A stretch of DNA of 64,000 nt, taken from the NCBI GenBank assembly GCA_035529855.1, contig DATKVX010000044.1:12189-76188 (forward strand), in the 5' to 3' direction. Below, in pieces: positions 1-9,076 of the stretch. Origin of the DNA: a bacterium. Its GTDB lineage: Bacteria > RBG-13-66-14 > B26-G2 > WVWN01. Position 1 is the first letter of the stretch, and each line of letters begins with the position of its first letter. The position numbers and the translations under genes are program-made. Under the pieces are notes generated by a model. It was given only the letters and a program-made list of their open reading frames with translations. It had not been told where the DNA came from and ran no database searches.

Positions 1-179
1 GCAGTAGGAATATTATCGTCCCTTTGGATGCGTTATCGGGCCGCGTACACGCCTATAATATATTGGACCGCGAAGAAATTAAGGCCGACAATGGATATCG
101 ATACAATTTTGACGCGGAGAGGGCTCGTAAATGGATCGAGCTAAGGAAGCGACGTTTAGCCGAACACGGCATCGAATAA
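1..179 (+). CDS. 3'-terminal fragment of an unidentified gene running in from upstream of the window (…NFDAERARKWIELRKRRLAEHGIE*)
   Basis: Frame 3 is open from position 3 to a TAA at 177-179 and has no start codon, so it is a partial ORF not shown in the ORF track. A hairpin terminator follows immediately. The region is AT-richer than the rest of the window. Confidence 0.3.
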   Translation, partial: SRNIIVPLDALSGRVHAYNILDREEIKADNGYRYNFDAERARKWIELRKRRLAEHGIE

Positions 180-185
180 AATCGG

Positions 186-213
186 CGGCCTCGCGGCCGC
201 CTTCTTTCTGTGA
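186..213. terminator. GC hairpin (GGCGGCC-tcgc-GGCCGCC) followed by a TTCTTTCT run. Probably a bidirectional terminator between the upstream gene fragment and the convergent bCerS-like gene.
   Basis: Inverted repeat read directly; T-rich tract on the plus strand; the gene on the minus strand ends at 231. Confidence 0.5.
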
Positions 214-230
214 AAATCCCCCGGCCGAAA

Positions 231-1355
231 CTAAATCTCCTTCTCGTAAATTCTGTATCTCTTATAAGGCCGCGCGCCCAACATCTTCGCCGCGCGCTTG
301 GTCATTTCGTTCTCCTCCAGCACCCACGAGAACTCGGCCTCGCGGTAGCCGAGCTCGAGCGCCGCGCGCTGGTTGGAGGCCATGAGGACGGCGTCGATGC
401 CGCGCTTGCGGTACTCCGGGCAGACGCCGAAAAGCATCACGCGGCAGCTTCTAATCTTCCGCCTGCCCGTCAGAAATTTCAGGAGGCTTAGCGGCCCCAG
501 CGAACCTCCCATCCCGGCCAAGACCTCGTTGTAGTTCGGAATCGTCACGATGAAGCCGGCCGGCTCGCCGTCGACGAAGGCGATGGGGACGAGTTCCGGG
601 ACGGCGAGCGATTTAAGACGGTCGGCGGTGCTGTCGAACTCCTCCGGCGTCGGCGGCACGAAGCCCCAGTTGTCGTCCCAGGCGCGGTTGTAGACCTCGC
701 GGATTAATCGGAGTTCGGCCGCGAAGTCGCGGAGGTTGACGCAGCGGACGGTGAGGCCCGGGTCGCGCGCCCGCGCCCGAGCCGCGACGCGCTCGAGGCG
801 CTCGAGCCGCGCCGGCGAGATGCCCAACACGAAAGCGAACAAGTCGCGCGCCTTGCGAAAGCCGTACTCCTCCGCCAACGCCGCGTAATACGGCGGGTTG
901 TGCGTCATCATAATGTACGGCGGCCGGTCGAACCCCTCCACCAGGAACGCGCACTCCTCGTTGGTAGAGGGGTTCATAGGGCCGATGAATTTGGTAAGGC
1001 CCCGGCCGCGGAGCCAGCTTGCGGCCGCGTCCCACAGCGCCGCGGCGGCCTCGCCGTCCTCCTCCGCCTCGAAGAAGCCGAAGTAGCCGCACGGCTCGCC
1101 GGCGAATTTTATGTAATCGTCGTCTTGGATGGCGGCGACGCGGCCCACGACGCGGCCCTCCCGGCGCGCGACGAAAAGCGCCCGTTCGGCGTGACGCCAG
1201 AACGGGTTCTTCGGACCGAACGTGAACTTGACGTCGCGTTTGAGGGGCGGCACCCAGTTGGCGTCGTCGCGGTACAAACGATACGGGAAAGCTATGAACT
1301 CCGCCAGGGCGCGGCGCGACGCCGCCTCGTCGACCGTTATCACGCGCGCCCCCAT
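231..1355 (-). CDS. bcerS: GNAT-fold N-acyltransferase, candidate bacterial ceramide synthase (bCerS-like)
   Basis: ORF 231..1529. The start is trimmed to the ATG at 1355 (MGARVITVDE…), which overlaps the stop of the upstream Spt-like gene by 16 nt. Acyltransferase-like core. Tight operon context with a serine-palmitoyltransferase-like alpha-oxoamine synthase and an NAD-dependent epimerase-family reductase. Confidence 0.55.
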   Translation of the reverse strand: MGARVITVDEAASRRALAEFIAFPYRLYRDDANWVPPLKRDVKFTFGPKNPFWRHAERALFVARREGRVVGRVAAIQDDDYIKFAGEPCGYFGFFEAEEDGEAAAALWDAAASWLRGRGLTKFIGPMNPSTNEECAFLVEGFDRPPYIMMTHNPPYYAALAEEYGFRKARDLFAFVLGISPARLERLERVAARARARDPGLTVRCVNLRDFAAELRLIREVYNRAWDDNWGFVPPTPEEFDSTADRLKSLAVPELVPIAFVDGEPAGFIVTIPNYNEVLAGMGGSLGPLSLLKFLTGRRKIRSCRVMLFGVCPEYRKRGIDAVLMASNQRAALELGYREAEFSWVLEENEMTKRAAKMLGARPYKRYRIYEKEI

Positions 1356-2563
1356 CCCCCGATAACGCTCATCTCGTGCCCCACCTTGTCGAACACCTCC
1401 AGAACTTTGTCCACTTGCTCGTCGGTTTGCGTCGCCATACAGCTCACGCGGATGAGCGCGCGGTTCTCCGGGACGGCCGGCGTCATAATGGGCGTCGTGA
1501 ATATCCCTGCGTCGAAGAGCTTGCGCCACATCGTGCGCGCGGTGAGGTCGTCGCCCACGATGACCGGTATGATGGGCGTCGTACTCTCGCCGGTATCGAA
1601 ACCCAGGTTCTGCAGGCCGGTGCGCATCTTATCGCCGACCGCCGCGAGCCGTTCGCGCCGCTCGGGCTCCGTTTCGATGATGTCGAGCGCGGCCAGGACG
1701 GAGGCGACGTTCGCCGGGGGAAGGCTGGCCGAGAATATCATCGACCGGGCGAAATGCTTGAGGTAATGGACGACCGGCTCCGACGCGGCGACGAAGCCGC
1801 CCACACAGGCGAAGGACTTGCTGAAGGTGCCGATTATTATGTCCACCTCGTCCTCGAGGCCGAAGTGGTCGGCGACGCCGGCGCCCCGCGAGCCGAGGAC
1901 GCCGATGCCGTGGGCGTCGTCGACCAGGACCCGCGCGCCGTATTTTTTCGCCAGCTCGACGATGGCGGGCAGGTTGCAGACGTCGCCTTCCATGCTGAAG
2001 ACGCCGTCCACCGCGATCAGGGCGCCGCCGCCGTCGGCAGGCGACTGAAGGACGCGCTCGAGGTCGTGCATGTTATTGTGGCGGAAGCGCTTCATGTGGC
2101 CGAAGCTCAACCGGCAGCCGTCGATGATGCTGGCGTGGTCGTACTTGTCGGTCACGATGACGTCGCGTTTGCCGGCCAGCGCGGAGATGGCACCCAAATT
2201 GGTCTGCATACCGGTGGAGAAGACCAGCGCCGCCTCCTTGCGGCAGAACTTGGCGAGTCTCTCCTCCAGCTCTATGTGCAGCGTGAGGGTGCCGTTCAAG
2301 AACCTCGAGCCCACGCACCCGACGCCGAACTCCCGCGTCGCCTTGATGGCCGCTTCCTTGAGCTTGGGGTGGGAGGTCAAACCCAGGTAATTGTTCGACC
2401 CCAGCATGATCATCTTGCGCCCCTCGACCATAACCTCGGGGTCCTGGCCCGATTCGATGACGTGGAAGTACGGATACACGCCGGCGGCGATCGCGGCTCG
2501 AGCCGCGGTGAACTTCTCGCACTTCTCAAATATATCCGGCCGGTATTGTCGTTGCTCGGTCAT
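1340..2563 (-). CDS. spt: Alpha-oxoamine synthase (8-amino-7-oxononanoate synthase family), PLP-dependent. Candidate serine palmitoyltransferase.
   Basis: 418-aa ORF; likely start MTEQRQYRPDIF at 2563. Characteristic AOS-family motifs (GSNNYLGL, DDAHGIGVLG, GTFSKSF with the PLP lysine). Confidence 0.7.
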   Translation of the reverse strand: MTEQRQYRPDIFEKCEKFTAARAAIAAGVYPYFHVIESGQDPEVMVEGRKMIMLGSNNYLGLTSHPKLKEAAIKATREFGVGCVGSRFLNGTLTLHIELEERLAKFCRKEAALVFSTGMQTNLGAISALAGKRDVIVTDKYDHASIIDGCRLSFGHMKRFRHNNMHDLERVLQSPADGGGALIAVDGVFSMEGDVCNLPAIVELAKKYGARVLVDDAHGIGVLGSRGAGVADHFGLEDEVDIIIGTFSKSFACVGGFVAASEPVVHYLKHFARSMIFSASLPPANVASVLAALDIIETEPERRERLAAVGDKMRTGLQNLGFDTGESTTPIIPVIVGDDLTARTMWRKLFDAGIFTTPIMTPAVPENRALIRVSCMATQTDEQVDKVLEVFDKVGHEMSVIGGWGRA

Positions 2564-2568
2564 AACGG

Positions 2569-3573
2569 TCACAACCACCCTTGACCGCGATACCACGCGG
2601 TCGTTAACTTCGCGCCTTCGGCAAAACCGACGCGAGGCGCGAAACCCAATTCCGTCTTGGCTTTACTCGCATCGCACACCCATAATTCTTCCAACATAAC
2701 GCGGGCGCGCTCGCGGTTGAGGGTAGCCACCTTTCCCGAAAGAGTAGCGGCGAGCTCCGCTATCGTCGCCGCACCGAAGAGAACCACCTTGGGGACCCGG
2801 ACCTTCCTCGTCTTCACCCCCAACGCCGCCGCGGTTTCCCGCGCGACGCCGCGCCAATCCCAGACCTCGTCGTGGGCTACGAAGTACACTTCGCCCCGGG
2901 CCCGCTCGCAGCTTCCGGCAAGGATTAGCGCCTCCACCAAATCGGTCACGTAACAAAGGCTCACGTACCGGTCGTCCCACCCCAACGCGGGCTCGACGCC
3001 CTTGTTAATAAATTTGAAGAACAAAAACATCTCGGTATCGCGGGGGCCGTAGACGGCCGAAGGCCTGAGTATAACGAAAGGCAACTCGGCGGCGCGTTTC
3101 TGCAGCGCGCGTTCGCCCCCCAGCTTGCTGCGGCCATAGTCGCTTACGGGGGCGCACTCGTCGGCTTCGCGGCGAACGCCGTCCGCCCCGCAAGGCCCCG
3201 CCGCGGCCTGGCTCGAGACGTAAACGAGAAACGGCGGCACAGGGCGCACCAAGCACGCCTCGGCCAGGTTTGCGGTCCCCTCAGCGTTAACGCGGTATAA
3301 CAGCTCGGCCTTACGCGCTTTGGTCGCGCCCGCGCAATGGTAAACCACGTCCGCCCCGACTACGGCCCGCGCGAGCGAGTCCTCGTCATCGAGGGTGCCC
3401 AACACCGGTTCGTAGTCCAGCCCGTCCAACCAGCGCCGGTCCGACGTGGGGCGGAGCAAACACCTGACGTCGGCGCCCTTGGAGAGTAGGGCCTCGACGA
3501 GGTGGCTCCCTATGAAGCCGTTGCCGCCTGTCACTAAAACTCTCAAAGTCGCGTAGCTTAAATACGAATTCAT
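2569..3573 (-). CDS. cerR: NAD-dependent epimerase/dehydratase family protein. Candidate 3-ketosphinganine/ceramide reductase (CerR-like).
   Basis: N-terminal Rossmann motif VLVTGGNGFIGSHL; 334 aa; sits immediately upstream of spt in the same operon. Confidence 0.6.
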   Translation of the reverse strand: MNSYLSYATLRVLVTGGNGFIGSHLVEALLSKGADVRCLLRPTSDRRWLDGLDYEPVLGTLDDEDSLARAVVGADVVYHCAGATKARKAELLYRVNAEGTANLAEACLVRPVPPFLVYVSSQAAAGPCGADGVRREADECAPVSDYGRSKLGGERALQKRAAELPFVILRPSAVYGPRDTEMFLFFKFINKGVEPALGWDDRYVSLCYVTDLVEALILAGSCERARGEVYFVAHDEVWDWRGVARETAAALGVKTRKVRVPKVVLFGAATIAELAATLSGKVATLNRERARVMLEELWVCDASKAKTELGFAPRVGFAEGAKLTTAWYRGQGWL

Positions 3574-3664
3574 ATATTACCAAAAACGGCACCCTATGAC
3601 AAGCATAAGGGTGGCGGCGTTTTCTTGTTGCGGGCGTCGTAATTTCAAGGTATTATAAACCGCC

Positions 3665-4264
3665 GTGGGAACGCGTTCAAAACGCCCGCGCCCTAACTTT
3701 TACAGCGCGTCTATCGTTTTCGCCGCGTGCGTGATGTGGCTGGCGTTTGCCGGCTGCCGCGCGGTTAAAGGGCCGTCGCAAATCAAGGCCGCCTCGGCCT
3801 ACCGCGCCGACCTATTCCACATTACGGAAAAAATTAACGCCTACCTCGCCGAAAATACGCCCGAGGATACGCAGCGCCGGGAGCTCCAGCAAACGGTAGG
3901 CGCGACGGCGCACGAATACGCCATGCTCGCGGCGGAGGCCGGCCCGCTCCAGGGCAAGACCGGCGACGCCGAATACGGCGAAATAGCCGCGCGGGCCGAG
4001 GACGGCGAAATCGTCGCGGGGAACCTGGCCGGCGCGTTGGCCGCCGACCCCGCCCAAAAGCCGGAGGCCGTACCGACCCTCGCCGCCGCGGTCGACGACT
4101 GGGTCGCGTATAACGACGAACTCGCCTCCCGCGGTAACGCCGACGCACCTTTCAAGCCGAATCGTTGGTGGGAAACGCCGCCGTGGCGCCGCACGCTGGG
4201 TACCGGAGGCGAGCCCGGCCTCGGCACCGAGCACGGCGAGAAAGGGGCTCCGTCGGTAGATTGA
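3665..4264 (+). CDS. Hypothetical lipoprotein
   Basis: GTG start. Signal peptide ending in the lipobox LAFAG-C. No recognisable domain. Confidence 0.5.
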   Translation: MGTRSKRPRPNFYSASIVFAACVMWLAFAGCRAVKGPSQIKAASAYRADLFHITEKINAYLAENTPEDTQRRELQQTVGATAHEYAMLAAEAGPLQGKTGDAEYGEIAARAEDGEIVAGNLAGALAADPAQKPEAVPTLAAAVDDWVAYNDELASRGNADAPFKPNRWWETPPWRRTLGTGGEPGLGTEHGEKGAPSVD

Positions 4265-4476
4265 CCGCCGCGCCGGCCCGGAAGCGACGCAGCGTGGCCA
4301 CGTATTGGTCGAAAGTACCGGGGGGCTCTTTTACTTCCACTTCCCCCATTCCTCAATAAAACGGGGTAAAGCGAATTAACGGTTAAGCCCTTACGGCCCG
4401 GCGCCGTACCGGCCTAACCGCCGGCGTTAAACATTATAAAGTATAAACGTTAACCTCTAAAACCGGTAGTGCAGGA

Positions 4477-5013
4477 ATGGGAGACCAAAGGGAAAACGGA
4501 GAAAATATGGCGCGCTTGCGCGCCAAAGTGCACCTCGAGCGAGGCCGCCACTACTTCAACGCCAACCGCTTTGCGGAGGCGTTGGCGGCACTCGAGGAAG
4601 CCATAGCGGCGGACCCCGAATTTGTACGCGCGTATACCGCCAAAGCCAACACGCTGGCCATGTTGGGACGGGCCGAGGAAGCTATCGCCATTTGCGACGA
4701 AATAATAGCGAAGAACCCTACCTTCGCGTTGGCGTATACGACCAAGGCGTCGTCGCTCCACCGCGCCGGCCGGTCGGCCGAAGCGGCCGAAAACTACCGC
4801 CGCGGCATCGACCTCGCCCCCGACGAACACTTGACCCATTACAACTTCGCATGCTTCTGGGCGTTGGAGGGCAACGAAGAAGAGTGCGCGAAATACTTGC
4901 GGCGCGCGCTCGAGCTCGAGCCCAGGTCTAAACCCAAGGCGGCCACCGACGACGACTTCGCTTCGGTGCGGGGAAAAGAGTGGTTCCAAAACCTCGTCGC
5001 TTTCGGGAGCTAA
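4477..5013 (+). CDS. TPR-repeat protein
   Basis: Several 34-aa TPR-like repeats (AEALAALEEAIAADPEF…, AYTTKASSLHRAGRSAEAAENYRRGIDLAPDE…). Confidence 0.7.
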   Translation: MGDQRENGENMARLRAKVHLERGRHYFNANRFAEALAALEEAIAADPEFVRAYTAKANTLAMLGRAEEAIAICDEIIAKNPTFALAYTTKASSLHRAGRSAEAAENYRRGIDLAPDEHLTHYNFACFWALEGNEEECAKYLRRALELEPRSKPKAATDDDFASVRGKEWFQNLVAFGS

Positions 5014-5054
5014 AGGCCGGTACGCGCCGGCCGCAGCGGCGCACGAACTAAAAG

Positions 5055-5085
5055 GAAACGCCCCTCGTCCGAGGGGCGTTTACTA
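5055..5085. terminator. Bidirectional rho-independent terminator (AAACGCCCCTCG-tcc-GAGGGGCGTTT) between convergent genes
   Basis: Perfect GC-rich inverted repeat flanked by A/T runs on both sides. Confidence 0.7.
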
Positions 5086-5108
5086 TCTTTAACGGATGTG
5101 GCGGGTTA

Positions 5109-5753
5109 TTAATTAAATAACGTCTTGACCCTACCAAGGCTGGTCGGGCTGACGGCGGGATTGCCGATCGTAACCCTCGCGACATGGCCTTGGTTCGCCA
5201 ACAGCTTGCCTGTTTCCCCGGTCGCGTTGAACACCCGGAGGCGGCCCGGCTGGTCGGCAGCGGATATGAAGGTTTTGGTGGTAGTACCCGTGGCCTTAGT
5301 CCAGGAAATTTCCATCAGCAAGTTGTTCCGGTTGTTGTAGACGAAGTTATCGGGTTCGGCGAGCGTGAACCAATCGCCTTCCTTGAGACCTTCCGGTACG
5401 GTATACTTCCCGCTGAAGACCTGGACCGGGGTTTTGAAGTCGTAGTTCTTCTTGAAGGTGTTGGTAAGCTTTTCCTTGCTGGAGTGGCACAGGATCATCT
5501 TGCAGCCTTCGAGCGCGGTCGGCGTGGCGCCGCCCGATTGGAACATAAACTCGATCCGGGCTACGCTACCCTTCTCATCTATCTCTGCCTGCAACCACAT
5601 ACACTGGAACCGCATCGCCGGGGCGGTGGTATAGAAGGGCACGGTGTGTCCCTTTTCCGGTCCACCGCCTACTTCGTGCTCGCTGCCCGTCGCAAAAACG
5701 GTCCCTGTCGTAGCCAAGCCTAACGCCAACGTAAAGAGAAGCACGTTCCTCAT
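5109..5753 (-). CDS. Secreted hypothetical protein (signal peptide)
   Basis: N-terminal signal peptide MRNVLLFTLALGLATTGTVFA. No recognisable domain. The gene and its upstream region (5754-5925) are noticeably AT-richer than the window average. Confidence 0.5.
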   Translation of the reverse strand: MRNVLLFTLALGLATTGTVFATGSEHEVGGGPEKGHTVPFYTTAPAMRFQCMWLQAEIDEKGSVARIEFMFQSGGATPTALEGCKMILCHSSKEKLTNTFKKNYDFKTPVQVFSGKYTVPEGLKEGDWFTLAEPDNFVYNNRNNLLMEISWTKATGTTTKTFISAADQPGRLRVFNATGETGKLLANQGHVARVTIGNPAVSPTSLGRVKTLFN

Positions 5754-5925
5754 CTTGTTACCTCCTCTTCGCCGATAATCGAAACGTTATTAATCGCAGT
5801 TACGAGTACCCTATATTTATAAATTAAAATGGGAAAAATATCAAGTTAAATTTTTAGCGGTACGCGCGCTTTACTTCGGCCTACTTTAACCCTATAATAA
5901 ACGGAAAACGCGAGGTAAAACCGCT

Positions 5926-6489
5926 ATGGACGTCTTCGACGTTATCGCCGACCGCCGTTCCGTAAGGAAATACCTGCCGGACCCGGTCCCGGAAAGGGTT
6001 TTAGCACGCGTCCTCGAGGCGGGCAGCCTCGCCCCTTCGGGCCACAACCGCCAACCGTGGCGCTTCGTCGTCGTCCGCGAAGAAGGCCGACGGCGCGCCC
6101 TGGCCGACGCCGCCGCTTCCCACAACGGCTTCATCGCCGAGGCTCCGGTCGTGCTCGCTTTCTTGGGGTTTCTGGCGTACGGCGGCGCGCCCGCGCCCGA
6201 CGCGCGTACCCGCGGCAGCTGGACGTGGGACATGTACGTACGCTACAACGTCGCCATCGCCGCGGCGTACGTCACGCTGGCCGCGACGGCCAAAGGGCTC
6301 GGCACCTGCTGGATAAATAACTACGACGAGGAACGGGTGCGCGCGGTTCTGAACGTCCCGGAGCAGTACGCGCTCGTTTGCCTGATGACGGCGGGCTATC
6401 CCGCCGAGGAACCGGCGGCGAAGCAACGTCTGCCCTTGGCCGAGCTCCGCTTCGACGAGGAGGTGCCGCCGGCTCGAGATGGACAATAG
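5926..6489 (+). CDS. Nitroreductase family protein
   Basis: RSVRKY…PSGHNRQPWRFVVV motif typical of the NADH/FMN nitroreductase fold. Confidence 0.8.
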   Translation: MDVFDVIADRRSVRKYLPDPVPERVLARVLEAGSLAPSGHNRQPWRFVVVREEGRRRALADAAASHNGFIAEAPVVLAFLGFLAYGGAPAPDARTRGSWTWDMYVRYNVAIAAAYVTLAATAKGLGTCWINNYDEERVRAVLNVPEQYALVCLMTAGYPAEEPAAKQRLPLAELRFDEEVPPARDGQ

Positions 6490-7648
6490 AGTCTGCATCG
6501 CCCGCTGCCCCTCCTACGGCGACGCCGACGTCGCTCGCGCCCTCGCCGAAGCCGCGGCGCCGTGGGGCGGCTTCCGCGAGTTGTTCAAACCCGGCCGGCG
6601 CGTGGTCCTTAAAGTGAACCTGCTGCGCGGCTCGCGTCCCGAGGAAGCGGTAACGACGCATCCGGCGGTCGTGAAGGCCGTGGCGGCGGCGGTGCGGGAA
6701 ACGGGCGCAACGCCCGTACTGGCCGACAGCCCGGGCTCGGGCCTTCCGTATACTAAAAGAACTCTCGAGAAGTGCTACCGCCGCTCCGGTTATTTCGGCC
6801 TCGCCGACGAGGTAGGCCTGGAGCTCAACTACGACACCACCTCGCGTGAAGCACTCTTCGACGACGGCCGCGTCGCCAAAAAGTTCAACGTCATCACGCC
6901 GGTCCTGGAGGCGGACGCGGTCGTCAACCTGTGCAAATTAAAAACCCACACCTTCACCATCCTTACCGGCGCCGTCAAGAACCTCTTCGGCGTTCTCCCC
7001 GGCTTCGATAAACCCGGTTATCACGCGCGTACCCGAACGGTGGACAACTTCGCCGATATGCTGCTCGACGTCGCGCTTTTCGTCAAACCGGTTTTTAATA
7101 TTATGGAGGCCGTGGTCGCGATGGAGGGCAACGGCCCGGGCCTGGGCGAGCCGCGGAACGTGGGCCTTATCCTGGCCGGCGCGTCGCCGCTGGCGGTGGA
7201 CGCGGCCGCGGGGGCCATAACGGCGTTGCCGCCCGAAAACCACCCGGTGCTCCGGGCGGCGGCGGCTCGAGGCGTTGAACCCAACCGGCCCGAGGACCTC
7301 GACGTCGTCGGGCCCGCGCTCGAGGCCCTGCGCATTCCCGATTGGAAATGGCCCCCCACCATCCTCACGGAGGGCGGCTTCGCCGGTTACGGGCCGTTCC
7401 AGGGGATTTTACGGACGCTGCTGCGCAACGGCCTGTCGGTTCAGCCGCGGGTGCGACGCGAGCGCTGCACCGGCTGTGGCCTGTGCCGCGAGGGCTGCCC
7501 CGTCGCCGCGATTAGCGTCATCAACGACAAATCCTATATCGACGAGAAGCTCTGCATCCGCTGCTACTGCTGCCACGAGGCCTGCGCCTACGACGCGATT
7601 CAGCTGCACCGCTCGCTGCTGCACCGGTTGGTGGGCGGGAGGGTTTAA
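6479..7648 (+). CDS. DUF362-family protein with a C-terminal 2x[4Fe-4S] ferredoxin domain
   Basis: C-terminal CTGCGLCREGCP … CIRCYCCHEAC cysteine motifs. N-terminal region resembles DUF362. Confidence 0.6.
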   Translation: MDNRVCIARCPSYGDADVARALAEAAAPWGGFRELFKPGRRVVLKVNLLRGSRPEEAVTTHPAVVKAVAAAVRETGATPVLADSPGSGLPYTKRTLEKCYRRSGYFGLADEVGLELNYDTTSREALFDDGRVAKKFNVITPVLEADAVVNLCKLKTHTFTILTGAVKNLFGVLPGFDKPGYHARTRTVDNFADMLLDVALFVKPVFNIMEAVVAMEGNGPGLGEPRNVGLILAGASPLAVDAAAGAITALPPENHPVLRAAAARGVEPNRPEDLDVVGPALEALRIPDWKWPPTILTEGGFAGYGPFQGILRTLLRNGLSVQPRVRRERCTGCGLCREGCPVAAISVINDKSYIDEKLCIRCYCCHEACAYDAIQLHRSLLHRLVGGRV

Positions 7649-7676
7649 ATACGATTTAAACACGGGAGGTTCGCCG

Positions 7677-8876
7677 ATGGGGAATCGACTGAAATGCGCT
7701 CTCATAGTTACATGCGCGGCATACGGCACGGCGTCCGCGAACGTCGGGAATTACGAGGTCCTCAACGGCCCCCCGTATTTAGCCGACGCGGAACACGCCA
7801 CCGTAGCCATGGCCCGCGAACGCGTAACGTGCGTACTCGAAAAAGACTACGTTAACGTCGAAGCAACCTTCACGTTTAAAAACGACGGCCCGGCGATGGA
7901 CGTGAAGATGTATTTCCCCCTGGGGATCGACTCGCTCGATATGCCGGTTAATAGACCGAGCAAAGTGGACTGGGAGAGATATTGGGATTTTTACGGCGTC
8001 AACGCCGAAAACCCCGTGAACGAGGTGATAATTACGAAACCTTTTGAGGAATCTGTAATATACGTGAATAATCGGGAGACGGGAGGAGGAGCGGGGGGAG
8101 GAGTAGGGCGAACGTTCCCCTGGGATACGGAACTCGTGGATTTATACAGGGGGTTTAAGGCTTCCGCCGACGGCGAGCCACTACGTATCCGCACCGTGAT
8201 GCGGTTTTCGCTGGCCGTCGAACCGACCGAAGACCCGTATTACCTCGAGCGAGGGTATACCGATATAATCATATTAACTCGGGAAATACTCGACTATTGG
8301 TCGGTACCGTTCTCTGCGGGAGCGACGCGCGTAATAACGTGCGCGTACCGCAATAAATACGATGACCCCTATGATACTAAAGAAATCGGTACGTTCACCT
8401 ACCCGGTATTCACGGGGAAGGGTTGGGCCGGGCCTATCGGCGAAGGCGAAATCGAAATCTCTTATATAACAGACGAAGCGCCCGGCGCCGTATTCTTCTC
8501 GTCTCCCGGCTTGCCCCCCGCGGTAACCTCGTATAGCGAAAGCACGACGCGATTGACGTGGAGTTTTAAGGGATTAGAACCGGAAGAAGAAGCGGCGGTC
8601 AACGTCCGCGTGGGAGGCCGAACCGGCCGCGGTACGCCGGCGGAAATGCTCGTCGAACCCGGGATATTAAAAACCTCCCTCGACGACTCCTCCGGGATCG
8701 AAGTCACAACTGCATATGGGGGAAAAAACGAATTCGCCGTATTGGAATCCCGCGGCGAATGGTGGTACGTAAAACTCAACGACGGCGCCGAGGGCTGGCT
8801 CCGCTGGCGGGAAGTGGACGCCGCCACGGGCGAGGAACATATTAACGCCGCTTTCGCTTACTACCTTACCGAATAG
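7677..8876 (+). CDS. Secreted hypothetical protein with a C-terminal bacterial SH3-like domain
   Basis: The true start is the ATG at 7677, preceded by GGGAGG. The 7275 start in the ORF track is an out-of-context extension overlapping the previous gene. Signal peptide. C-terminal SH3b-like segment (EFAVLESRGEWWYVKLNDGAEGWLRW). Confidence 0.55.
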   Translation: MGNRLKCALIVTCAAYGTASANVGNYEVLNGPPYLADAEHATVAMARERVTCVLEKDYVNVEATFTFKNDGPAMDVKMYFPLGIDSLDMPVNRPSKVDWERYWDFYGVNAENPVNEVIITKPFEESVIYVNNRETGGGAGGGVGRTFPWDTELVDLYRGFKASADGEPLRIRTVMRFSLAVEPTEDPYYLERGYTDIIILTREILDYWSVPFSAGATRVITCAYRNKYDDPYDTKEIGTFTYPVFTGKGWAGPIGEGEIEISYITDEAPGAVFFSSPGLPPAVTSYSESTTRLTWSFKGLEPEEEAAVNVRVGGRTGRGTPAEMLVEPGILKTSLDDSSGIEVTTAYGGKNEFAVLESRGEWWYVKLNDGAEGWLRWREVDAATGEEHINAAFAYYLTE

Positions 8877-8921
8877 CCCCGTACCGAAGTTGCCGCCGGC
8901 CCCGAAAAGTGGTAGAATTAA

Positions 8922-8950
8922 AATAGAAACGCCGGGCCTTGCGACCCGGC
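8922..8950 (-). terminator. Rho-independent terminator downstream of tRNA-Ala (GCCGGGtcgcaaggCCCGGC followed by GTTTCTATTTT on the minus strand)
   Basis: Hairpin and T-rich tract read on the minus strand directly after the tRNA 3' end. Confidence 0.6.
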
Positions 8951-8954
8951 GGGT

Positions 8955-9027
8955 TGGAGCAGATCGGATTCGAACCGACGGCCTCCTCCGTGCGAGGGAG
9001 GCGCTCTTCCAGCTGAGCTACTGCCCC
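8955..9027 (-). tRNA. tRNA-Ala (anticodon CGC)
   Basis: Folded by hand into a 73-nt cloverleaf: acceptor stem GGGGCAG/CTGCTCC with the G3:U70 alanine identity pair and discriminator A; anticodon loop CTCGCAC; T-arm GGTTCGAATCC. CCA is not encoded. Confidence 0.85.
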
Positions 9028-9037
9028 GTCGGCGGAT

Positions 9038-9066
9038 ATTATAAATGAAACGCCCTCGCCTGTCAA
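9038..9066 (-). promoter_or_regulatory. Consensus sigma70 promoter for tRNA-Ala: TTGACA-N17-TATAAT
   Basis: Minus-strand read is TTGACAggcgagggcgtttcattTATAAT with a 17-nt spacer. The tRNA 5' end lies about 11 nt downstream of the -10 element. Confidence 0.75.
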
Positions 9067-9076
9067 GGAGTCTGCC

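Noticed and set aside
613-1092. Numerous Arg/Gly/Pro-rich opposite-strand or off-frame ORFs throughout the window. Examples are 613..1092, 3834..4148, 10406..10747, 16354..16878, 27145..27762, 28055..29359, 34669..35871, 37074..37793, 45397..46209, 56505..57284 and 59234..59698.
   Set aside because: These are typical GC-driven shadow ORFs. Each lies antisense to, or out of frame with, a gene that has clear homology motifs. Their composition is extremely biased and they show no domain signal.
7275-7676. N-terminal extension of the 7677..8876 gene back to 7275
   Set aside because: It overlaps the DUF362 gene in another frame, is Ser/Arg/Ala-biased, and the ATG at 7677 has a GGGAGG ribosome-binding site.
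8866-9066. 66-aa ORF on the minus strand
   Set aside because: It is entirely overlapped by tRNA-Ala and its promoter.
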